Shown piece by piece: positions 50,741 through 60,889 of a DNA stretch of 64,000 nt. The stretch lies in the NCBI RefSeq assembly GCF_006345805.1, contig NC_043012.1, forward strand, positions 54,932,001 through 54,996,000, written 5' to 3'. This DNA comes from Octopus sinensis (taxonomy: Eukaryota). The notes under the pieces were generated by a model that worked only from the letters and a program-made list of their open reading frames with translations, had not been told where the DNA came from and made no database searches. Positions within the stretch are counted from its first letter, which is position 1. Each line of letters starts with the position of its first letter. The translations under genes and the position numbers were made by a program.

Positions 50741-51186
50741 GGATCTTTTCGGTTTGAATGGCAGTTTTTAAAAATAATTTCCACATAACTAAACACTTTT
50801 AAGCTTCGTATACTGGTAGAATGTGTTTATAAAACATCTTTTTCTCTTGGCTTTATTGAGAAAATTCTATAATTTGTAAGATATTTGTTGTTTTTTTCCT
50901 TCAATTTCTGCAATTTCAGCCAATCAATGACGTCTATTGAGGTGAAAAACATTCTGTGCCGTATGAATATGTCCCTCGTTTAAGAAACAGATTGAGTTTA
51001 TTTACATTTCTAAAGAAAAAAAGATACCCTTCCCCCCACCCCTAACCCTAACCCTAACTAACCCTAACCCTAACCCTAACCCTAAAACAGATTGAAATGC
51101 AATAGATCGATACTAGGGTCATAATTATGGGTGACAATTTCATATGACACCGCTAGAAAAAACTGCCGTTCAAACCGAAAAGATCC
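50741..51186. mobile_element. MITE with ~28-bp TIRs carrying about 8 (CCTAAC) telomere-type units, copy 1
   Basis: GGATCTTTTCGGTTTGAATGGCAGTTTT ... AAAACTGCCGTTCAAACCGAAAAGATCC. Inserted into family F repeat with possible 8-bp TSD CACATATT/CACATTTT. Confidence 0.9.
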
Positions 51187-51701
51187 CACATTTTATCTTG
51201 AAATAAGGAAGGGCACACTAGATAATATAGTCATTGATATATTGATAAACTTGGGCTCAACTACTGGAATGTCTTTGATCACCTGAATGCAGGATCAGTG
51301 TCAACTTCAGGTTAACCTTTTAGCATTTAAACTGGTCATATCCAGCCAAAATATTCTACCTGTTTTATTTTGGAATCGGCCAGAACTGGCTAGAACCAGC
51401 ATCTCACACTTACCCTACAATGAATGTCATTGTAAAAATAATAATCACATCGTTAAACTTCTGGAGCTACGAGATAATGCGTATAATTATCTCGTAGCTT
51501 GTAATTCAAAATATAAACAATAATAAACCATAAAATAAATTCTTGTTGTGCCAAATAAAACAAAACTAACAGTAAAATGGAAAATAATGTTTATTTTTGT
51601 ATACTTCTACTTTATTCATATTTGAAAAGTTTTCTCCTACATTTTTTCAATTGCAAAGTTTTCGATCAGATCTTCAAAATTAATCTAATGTAACACATCT
51701 C

Positions 51702-52139
51702 GGATCTTTTCGGTTTGAACGGCAGTTTTTTAAAATAATTTCCACGTAACTAAACACTTTTAAACTTCGTATACTGGTAGAATGTGTTTATAAAACATCT
51801 TTTTCTCTTGGCTTTATTGAGAAAATTCTATAGTTTGTAAGATATTTGTTGTTTTTTTTCTTCAATTTCTGCAATTTCAACCAATCAATGACGTCTATTG
51901 AGGTGAAAACACTCTGTGCTGTATGAATATGTCCCTCGTTTAAGAAACAGATTGGGTTTATTTACATTTGTGAAGAAAAAAGATACCCTTCCCCCACCCC
52001 TAACCCTAACCCTAACCCTAACTAACCCTAACCCTAAAACAGATTGAAATGCAATAGATCGATACTAGGGTCATAATTATGGGTGACAATTTCATATGAA
52101 ACCGCTAGAAAAAAACTGCCGTTCAAACCGAAAAGATCC
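51702..52139. mobile_element. Telomere-repeat MITE copy 2, same orientation
   Basis: Colinear and highly similar to copy 1; same TIRs; no TSD seen. Confidence 0.9.
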
Positions 52140-52599
52140 AATTATTTTAGCAAGTTTAAAGTGATTTCTTTTGTGCCATTTAACACTTCTGTGGTGCCCC
52201 CCCCCCCACCTCGTACTTCCCTTGATACCCTTTGCACATGCTTATTTTGCATAATGGTTAATCCAGCACTGCATTCATTGGTGAATGTCACTGGTATCTC
52301 TGGTTCTTTTGTTACCATATTTCTATTGAGACACAAAACCTTTTATTTCAATTAAACTTGAAAACAATGAAGAATTCTTCTAAATGACTTTGTCATTATA
52401 ATGCATACTTTTTACCATTTACTTGTTTTGGTTTTTGGACTGGCCATCCTGGAGTACAGTCTCAAAGAGTTCATTAAAAAAAACTGACCTTAATACTTTT
52501 CTTTTTTTAATCTGGTATTAATTCTGTTGACTGATTTAACTGTGCGTATATATGTACACATACATACATATATATATGGTGGCTGCCCCCTCGTTATCG

Positions 52600-53130
52600 A
52601 GTATGGCCATTGCACGAAGCTTTATCAATGTTGTTATTGTGCAATGCCTGTGCAAGAAGATTTTTTTTAAAGTGAGGAAAGGCTGTGCACTGAGTCAATC
52701 CCACTCACTAAGCAACAGCAGCCATAATCCGAAAAGAAGAACAAGTCAACATCATCGATAACCACTGAGCCGCAGGTTTTATGTCGGAGTTATCCCATTT
52801 ACCTGAGTTACCTTCTCCTAGAAGGATGCCCTGACAAAGGCTAGGAGTCCGTCACACCCAATGGTTTAACTGCGTGATCGGGTATTCAGTTCGATCATTT
52901 CTATGTCCCCGCGCATGATACAGCCTTAAGGCATTTATTGGATGGCTGTTGACTCTCAAGAGTTCCTCTGCCCTTTGACGGGTTTTGTTTTTCATCCCAC
53001 AGGGTATCCAATAAACACCCTCCTCACCAAGCAAGCTTGGTGGGGATGCCGGTTTAGTCGCCAACGACCCAACCATGCAACAGGTTGTTCTGGGTTACAT
53101 GTTACCAGTAGCACTCGAAAGTGACCTGAC
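52600..53130 (-). mobile_element. GC-richer structured repeat resembling an RTE-type 5' leader
   Basis: Minus strand CTAGGAGAAGGTAACTC and CCCGTCAAAGGGCAGAGG resemble recalled RTE 5' UTR motifs; multiple hairpins. Confidence 0.45.
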
Positions 53131-53193
53131 ATAACATACATACATTCATTCATTCATACCTACCTACCTACATTCACACATACATACATATTA

Positions 53194-53595
53194 GGCATAG
53201 TTGTGTGGTAAGACGCTGGCTTCCAAACCAAATGTTTCTGGGTTCAGTCTCACTGTGTGGCACCTTCAGTAAGTGTCTTCTGTAGCCTCAGGTTAGCCAA
53301 AACCTTGTGAGTGGATTTGGTTGATGGAAACTGAAAGAAGCCTTGTATGTGCATGTGTGTGTGTGTGAGTGCGCGTGTGTGTCTTTGTGTCTGTATTTGT
53401 CCCCCATAACTGACTGACAACTGGTGTTGGTGTATTTACATCCCCGTAACTTAGTGGTTCAGCAAAACAGACTGATAGAATAGAAACTAAGCTTAAAAAA
53501 CAGAAATAAGTCCTGCGGTCGATTTATTTGACTAAAACCATTCAAAACAGTGACCCAGCATGGCTGCAGTCAAATGATTAAAACAAGTAAAAGAA
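53194..53595 (+). mobile_element. SINE-A, older copy
   Basis: Complete organisation with CpG decay. Confidence 0.88.
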
Positions 53596-53827
53596 TGTAA
53601 CTACACACATGCTGTTGATGAATTTGTTTCCTTCTTTGGACTTTTCCCATTTTCCTTTCTGACAAAGAGCTATGCCTGAAACGTCAAAATCTTTCTTTTT
53701 ACTGAGTGTCAAACTAATACATTCCTTGTGCATGTTCTCTTGTTGTCTGTTTATTTGAATTGACTCTCTCTCTCTATCTGTATATATATATATATATCTC
53801 CCTCTGGCATGTGATAGAATCTGTTGT

Positions 53828-54388
53828 CGGTAGTTATTTCTATCTAAAGCATCACCTTTACCCTTATAGCATTTGACTATGGTGCTGCTACGCCAGTCAT
53901 TGGGTATGATCCCTTCATGAACTACTTGATTTACGATGTGGGTGACAAGACTGCCCAATATTTTAAGCACCTCAGCAGTGATTCCTGATGGGCCAGGTGC
54001 TTTACCTGTCATCATATCATTAATTGCTTTATCTACCAGGTACTATCAATTCAAGTAGCTGATCCCTCAATTGGGTCAACCTTTTGCAGACTCTCCTCCT
54101 CCCATTCCAAACCTCTTTTCTTGCAGAATCATTAAATGCATGGGAACCATCATTCATGCGAACACATTTATATCCTATGGCATCATGCTGTTCTCTCACA
54201 CAGTCTTGCAATCCGAAATACTTCAGTTCTTTGGTCCTCACATCACTGAATATTGGTGAACATCTTTTCTGCTATTCCCTTGGCTATATATACCTGTCTT
54301 CTAGCTTCCCTTTTTCTATCTGATACGTTCTCCTGCTACCCCCACTCTTGTAGGCCTTCCAAGCCTGTTTCTTTGCTCTAATGGCCAT
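53828..54388 (-). mobile_element. RTE internal fragment (linker plus RT N-terminus)
   Basis: AIRAKKQAWKA...REARRQVYIAK...KCVRMNDGS...KAINDMMTGKAPGPSGITAEVLK...IPNDWRSSTIVKCYKGKGDALDRNNYR. Confidence 0.9.
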
Positions 54389-54430
54389 ATATGTGTGTGT
54401 GTGTGTGCGCGCGCGTGCGTGTATGTATGT

Positions 54431-54874
54431 ATCATCATCATCATCATCATCATTTAACGTCCGCTTTCCATGCTAGCATGGATTGGACGGTTCAACTGGG
54501 GTCTGGGGAGCCCGAAGGCTGCACCAGGCCAGTCAGATCTGGCAGTGTTTCTACAGCTGGATGCCCTTCCTAATGCCAACCACTCCGAGAGTGTAGTGGG
54601 TGATTTTATGTGCCACCGACACAGGTGCCAGACGAGGCTGGCAGACGGCCACACTCAGATGGTGTTTTTATGTGCCACCGACACAGGTGCCAGATGAGGC
54701 TGGCGAACGGCCACAATCGGATGGTGTTTGTTACGTGCCCACAGCACGGAGGCCAGTCGATGCGGTACTGGCTACGGCCACGTTCGGATGGTTTTCTTGT
54801 GTGCCACCGGCACTGGTACCACAAAGATACAAATTCCATTGATGTTCATCTATTTTGATTTGTTTTGATTTTGA
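54431..54874 (-). mobile_element. RTE tail-only copy, 4 tandem units, nearly colinear with the copy 2 3' UTR
   Basis: Reverse complement closely matches ~24265-24716. Confidence 0.93.
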
Positions 54875-54892
54875 TATATATATATATATTTA

Positions 54893-54928
<36 letters not shown>

Positions 54929-55009
54929 TGTATGTATGTATGTATGTATGCATGTGTGTATGTATGTATGTATGTATGTATGTATGTATGTATGTATGTA
55001 TGTATGTAT

Positions 55010-55185
55010 TCCACTCTGCAGAGTGGTTGGCGTCAGGAATGGCATCCAGCCGTAAAATCCCTGCCAAAACAGACACAATAACATGGGGTAGTCTTCTACC
55101 TGGCAGGCCCTTGTCAACCATTCTGCCCATCCATGCATGGAAGACCAATGATTGATAATGATGATGAGGATGATGATGATGATAT
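55010..55185 (+). mobile_element. Old RTE terminus
   Basis: GAGTGGTTGGCGTCAGGAATGGCATCCAGCCGTAAAA...(GAT)n. Confidence 0.75.
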
Positions 55186-56096
55186 ATATGTAATTAAGGG
55201 CATAGAAAAAATTCTTGCCTATCAGCTGAAAGGAGACACTAAATCGTCGAACCACATTAAATACCATCACTATTATAATTACACACATTTCGAAAAGCGA
55301 GAGAGCAAGCTAACGGAAATTCATAAGATTGAGTTATCTCTGGGTCGAACCAATTTCTGGATTAACCCAAAGGTTTTCCTTTGTCAGCAGAGAATACTGA
55401 GGAAATAAATGAAATACTTATACTTTTAAAGGTGGTGCTCCAGCATGACTGCAGTCAAATGACTGAAACAGGTAAAAGAATAAAAGAAAACCCACAGAAA
55501 AGCAGATGCAATTTCATGAACGCAAAAAAGCACCTCAAATATATCCATATTGAATTCCATGGTTTCACCTAATTAGGTCTATTTCTTTTTTATATGCGGG
55601 TCACTGATAAAATTTTTAACAATTTTATCCTTTATATTATAACTGAATTAATTCCCATTCACTTCGGGACAGTCTAGCTACTTTCATACTTTTCTTACTA
55701 TATAAATATATATATATATGTTTTGTTCTGTATTATTATTATTATTGTTTGATTTGGATGTTCCTATGTAGTTGGTTAATAAATTATGTGAATTGGTATT
55801 ATCTGGTAGTTGATGATTGATTAAAGTGTATTCCTCGATTTTCTTATTTTGTATTATGAATTTGAGGTAAAACATTTTACCTTCGCCCATATAATACAAT
55901 CATCATCGTTTAACGTCCGTTCTCCATGCTAGCATGGGTTGGACGGTTAAATGAATTAATTGCATTGCAATTCTTAGCATTTATGTATTAGCATTTTTGG
56001 GTGCTTTACTGGCAGTATATTGGATATATGTTATCCCATAGAGGGTTACACTCACAACCCCTATCTCACTTTATATATATATATATATATATATAT

Positions 56097-56552
56097 AATC
56101 GAAATCGAAATCGGAATCGAAATTGAACCAATCCTATGACTGGCACCCGGCAGATGCCAGGACCCCTGGACTGGAGATACGTAAAAAGCACTATCCGAAT
56201 GGTGGCCGATGCCAGCGCCTCCTCGACTGGCTTCTGTGTCGGTGGCACGTAAAAAGCACCATCTGAATTGTGGCCGAAGCCAGGCCACCTCGACTGGCTT
56301 CCGTGCAGGTGGCACGTAAAATCCACCAATCCGAGCGTGGCTGATGCCAGCCTCGCCTGGCACCAGTGCAAGTGGCACGTAAAAAGCACCCACTACACTC
56401 ACGGAGTGGTTGGCATTAGGAAGGGCATCCAGCTGTAGAAACATCGCCAGATAAGACCGGAGCCTGGTGCAGCCTTCTGGCTTCCCAGATCCCTGGTCGA
56501 ACCGTCCAACCCATGCTAGCATGGAGAACGGACGTTAAACGATGATGATGAT
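56097..56552 (+). mobile_element. RTE tail-only copy with (GAT)n
   Basis: Starts at AATCGAAATC repeats; three clear tandem units; conserved terminus. Confidence 0.93.
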
Positions 56553-56574
56553 ACATATATATACTTTATTTAAT

Positions 56575-56655
56575 AGCAGCAGAAATTCAACAAAATTGTC
56601 CGATGAACGGGAACGTGAAACTCCGAGTAACAGGTTTTGTTGAATTTCTGCTGCT
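56575..56655 (+). ncRNA. Type I hammerhead-like motif with ~25-bp stem I and CCGAUGA core variant
   Basis: Perfect 21-bp inverted repeat enclosing UUGU-CCGAUGA-ACG(GGAA)CGU-GAAA-CU(CCG)AG-UA-ACAGG. Confidence 0.65.
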
Positions 56656-56733
56656 TTTAAATAAAGCATATTACTCTACCCTGGTATTTGAGTACTCTTT
56701 TTTCACCTGTTTTCACATTTATGTGTTTACTCG

Positions 56734-56773
<40 letters not shown>

Positions 56774-56779
56774 TATATA

Positions 56780-56995
56780 TAATAACGGAAGCTTTATGAA
56801 AATAGACAAAAGACGAAGGCAGGTGGAAAAAACAAACGACAACAATTGTATAGTATGGCGCTCAGGAATATAAATAACAAGTCTTAACGTTTCGAGCCTA
56901 CGCTCTTCAACAGAAAGATACACAGAGAGAAAAAAAACACAGAAAGAGGAGAGAAAAAAAATGCGTGCAGTAGCTAACGAATCAACATGGCGATC
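56780..56995 (-). mobile_element. Interspersed repeat carrying a minimal hammerhead-like motif (56879-56920)
   Basis: Minus strand UCUUU-CUGUUGA-A-GAGC(GUAG)GCUC-GAAAC-GUU-AAGA. A family fragment also lies at 6283-6340. Confidence 0.55.
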
Positions 56996-57949
56996 TGATT
57001 TCATGAAATGATGTAAAAAAAGTGGTAATATAAGAGAAAATAAAAATACAACAAACGGGACAGTTTATGTGAACAAGTTCAAGGTTGAAAGTTCAAGGTG
57101 AGAAATGTGTGACGTTCGTGGTATATTTTTTAAGGATTTCACATCAATGCAAAGTCACTTTGATCCGCGAAAGAGAGGTGCAGCCAATGGTAAGTATCCA
57201 AGAGGTAAAGAAAATCCAAGGTAGAGGTAAGTGTTGATAGTGGTATTGGTAGAATATAGGATGAAAGTGAGACCACGTGAGCGCATAATATATAACGATA
57301 TATATATATGACAGGTTTCTTTTAGTTTCTTTTACATATATGTGTGTGTGTGTGTCTTTTAGTTTCTTTTACTATATAAATATATATATATATATATGTT
57401 TTGTTCTGTATTATTATTATTATTGTGTTTGATTTGTGTTTGATTTGTTTGATTTGTTTCATTAGTTTCTGTCTACTAAATCTACTCACACACAAAGTCA
57501 ATGAAAAGAAGAAATCATTCTTGTGTGACAGACACAACAACAATTAGCATATTTACAGTCACAAATGTACCAGCATGTATTAAGAATAAATATGCAGTTC
57601 TTCATTTCAGACTGTGCTGATTAAAGTGCACATTAAAGTACAATTTATTATCAATTAGTAGATATCAGAATGAATCAGTAAACAGTTTGTTTGCTGAAAC
57701 TGTGAAAAAGTTCACAGGGTTTACTCTGACTGATAAGACACCAACATGCTGAAATACTGGTTTTCCAGGATTTTTTATATTCATTAACAGAGTGTATTAT
57801 AAAAGCTTAGTCATTGTAACGGAGAAAGTGTTCTTCTGTGAGGTACACAAAAGCTATTTGTAAATTTACAGCCAAATCTGCTAAAATGTATAAAGAGTAA
57901 CATGCAAGTTATCATTTTGAAGCACATTGCTCACTGTACACATAGTGAT

Positions 57950-58171
57950 TTAAGCCTTTTGATACCAGCCTGGCTGAAACTGGTTCTGGCTCTGTACTAC
58001 AAATGTCATGTCATAAGTTTTAGACTAAAATCTTCTGCCAAACCCTTGTCACAATTTATGTTCCTAACGCTAGCATAATGAGAATTAAGTTATTTTACTA
58101 AATTTTTTGTTATATCTAGAATTAATTGAAAGAAACACAGACCATCTCAAAATAAATACGGTAATGAAAGG
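57950..58171 (+). mobile_element. MITE-like unit homologous to 11108-11550, followed by a SINE-A 3' half (58172-58338)
   Basis: TTAAGCCTTTTGATACCAGCC...TTATTTTACTAAATTTTTTGTTA...; then GTGTTTACGTCCCCGTAAC...GAAACAAGTAAAAGAG. Confidence 0.55.
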
Positions 58172-58483
58172 TGTGTTTACGTCCCCGTAACTTAGCGGTT
58201 CGGCAAAATAATAGATAGAATAAGTGATAGAATAAGTACTAGGCTTACAAAGAATAAGTCCTGGGGTTGATTTGCTTGACTAAAGACAGTGCTCCAGTAT
58301 GGCCACAGTCAAATGACTGAAACAAGTAAAAGAGTAAAAAGAGTTTTCCATCTATTCATATTTCATATCTCATCTTTTCGTATTTTATGTTGTTTACGTT
58401 CTGTGATGTCCTGTGTCCACATATACATATATATGTAAGTATGAACATGTACGTATGTATATATGCATATCTCTCTTTCTCTC

Positions 58484-58537
<54 letters not shown>

Positions 58538-59572
58538 GATACATATGCACATGTATACCCACACACATGTTTGTGTGTATGTATATACATCTCTTATCTC
58601 ATGTTTTCCTTCACCTCACCCTCACTCTCTCCTTCACCTACTTCTCCTCCTCATTCCATTCCTCTTTCCTTCTACTTCTCTCGTCCAGTTTCTCTCTTTG
58701 TCTCCTTTTTGTCCACTTTTGAAGCTCTTTTGAGCCTCCATTCCTTATCAGTTCAAGCCAAGTTTTCTAACTTAGCGGTTACAAAATTCTTTGGTCACTC
58801 CTGTCAACTTTTCCCTGAAGAATGATTGTGTCCGAAAAGTTGCATTTTCTACTTCCCTTGGCTAATTCACTGTATTCTTTTTGTCGATTTTACACACCTG
58901 CATACATTGGTTCATTCATCCATTCATTTGTCCATGGCACATTACTAATAGATTTCTGTGCTGTTTCTTTGTCTATTTTATTAATTTTCTATTTTGTGGT
59001 TTCGCTGAACATAGGTAGAGTGGGAAGACCTGGAATTTAGGGGACTTATTTTTCGCACACATATCTATATGACTACTTAGTGGAATCTGTCTAAGTACTG
59101 GGGTATTGTATTTGTTGTCAGTGAATGGTCAGTCTATTTCTTAGAGTAAGCTTTGTTTGACCTATGTAATCTTCATTACATCCTTGACATTTGATAGGGG
59201 AATGGGGAGTGGTATCTGAATAGGATAGTGAGGAGGTAAGGGAAGGGGAAGGTGTGAAGGATTATATATTTGTGGTAAAAAAAAATGTATGCTTGAAGAG
59301 ATGGTATTAGTAGTAAAATTAAAAATCTTGGGAAGAAGAGGAATGGTAGTAATGGCTAAAAGAGTAGCCTGCAGTATGCACCTTGCTTGGATAGTTACTA
59401 CTTCCAAGGTTCTGCTCACTATGAAACATGTAGCCCGGATTTTATTTACTTCATTCCTTAACTTAGGATATATTAACCTCTTAAAGGGATGATTACATCC
59501 AAGAAAACACTGGTTCTATACCTTACATCTTTGGGAAATAAAATTTCTCTAAATCAATAGGTATATATTAAG

Positions 59573-59890
59573 TATATAATCCGTATTAAATTTAGAGAAA
59601 ATGGAAAGTTAGTGGTTAATAATTATTTATTAATAAATTGATAACTACAGCTGTTTCTATTGAATAAATTATAAATTTAAGCATTAAATTTATAAGTTAT
59701 AAATGCAAATTTAATGTTTAAGTTTGTAAGCATTTATAACTAATAAATGCAAATTTAATGCACAAATTTGTAATTTATTCAATGAGTATAAATGGAAACA
59801 GCCGTAGGAAGAAATGATTACCAATTTATTAATGAATAATTCTTAACCACTAACTCACCATTTTCTCTTAAATTAATATGGATTAAATAT
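59573..59890. repeat. Imperfect AT-rich inverted repeat (arms ~59573-59678 and ~59764-59890), foldback/MITE-like
   Basis: AGAGAAAATGG..AGTTAGTGGTTAA.AATTATT.ATTAATAAATTG and its reverse complement. Confidence 0.8.
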
Positions 59891-60889
59891 ATGTATGTAT
59901 GTATGTGCATGTATTTTGTGTTTGCCTCCCCGCCCGCTGGTTTGTATACGTTCCAGGAAGTTGGCGGTTCGGCAAAAAAAAAAAAAAACTCCCCTAAACC
60001 GATTACCAGTACTGGAGTCGGTTTGATTGACTAAAACTGTTCAAAGCGGCGCCCCAGCATGACCGAAACAAGTAAAAGATCGAAGTTACATTTCTTTTCG
60101 TTCTCTGTAAATTACCCCCCCCCCAACCCCGCTCCCTTAGAATTCCATAAGTTGCTATCTATTGTGTTTAAATTAGATATAACAACGAACTATGTTGGCT
60201 AAAACAATATCTGTTGATAGATATCTTTCTTTTCTTTAATGCTCCGGCAATTATTAATAGTTTTATTATATACGTTGATAAACGTGCTAATTTTGAACTT
60301 TGTATTAAAAGAAAAGTGCTATTGACATTAGTTTCGACTATAAATGTAAAGTGGGTTGGTTGGTCGTTTAATAAACTTGTTGAACTAAATTAGTAGAAGT
60401 AGTACACAAAGAGGATCCCACCGATCCATCGTACAATCGTAGCCATCTTCAAGTTCTATGAAGCCATTAGTGGTAGAGACTTATTAGAGAAGGTGTAGCT
60501 TTGGTAAGAAAGAAAAAAAAGAAAGAAGAAAAACAGAAAGTAAAGAAAAACCAGGCTATCTCGCATACACAGCAGCAAATAGCCATCACTGTTGCTTCTT
60601 TCACTGTTTAATTTCAATAATAAGTCACGAATAATCTCGCCCGATGTTTTCACTCAGAATTCTCACTTTAAATTGCTGGTAAATATTCGTTCATTTATTT
60701 ATACTTATTAAAAAAAAATGTATTTTGATAACCTATTTTAAATAATTAACTATTTTATCAGTTAATAATTGAATCAGTTAAAATAATTTGAAAAAGAGAC
60801 TTTTTTTTCGTCTACGTGTGTATATGTGTGAGTGTTTTTGATTTTGATTCATCATGGCAATGAAAGAGATCATATTGACAGTTTGTTTA

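Noticed and set aside
51041-51085. Interstitial telomere as a chromosome-fusion or healing scar
   Set aside because: The short arrays lie at the same position inside two TIR-bounded elements and share an interruption.
58810-58848. CTGAAGA-A-TGA..TCC-GAAA-AGTT hammerhead-like motif
   Set aside because: Mismatches in stems I, II and III, and a competing 9-bp hairpin (CAACTTTTC/GAAAAGTTG). At best a decayed relic.
59162-59419. Minus-strand 85-aa ORF vaguely like a LINE endonuclease segment
   Set aside because: No catalytic motifs (GDFN, SDH) are visible; cannot be supported.
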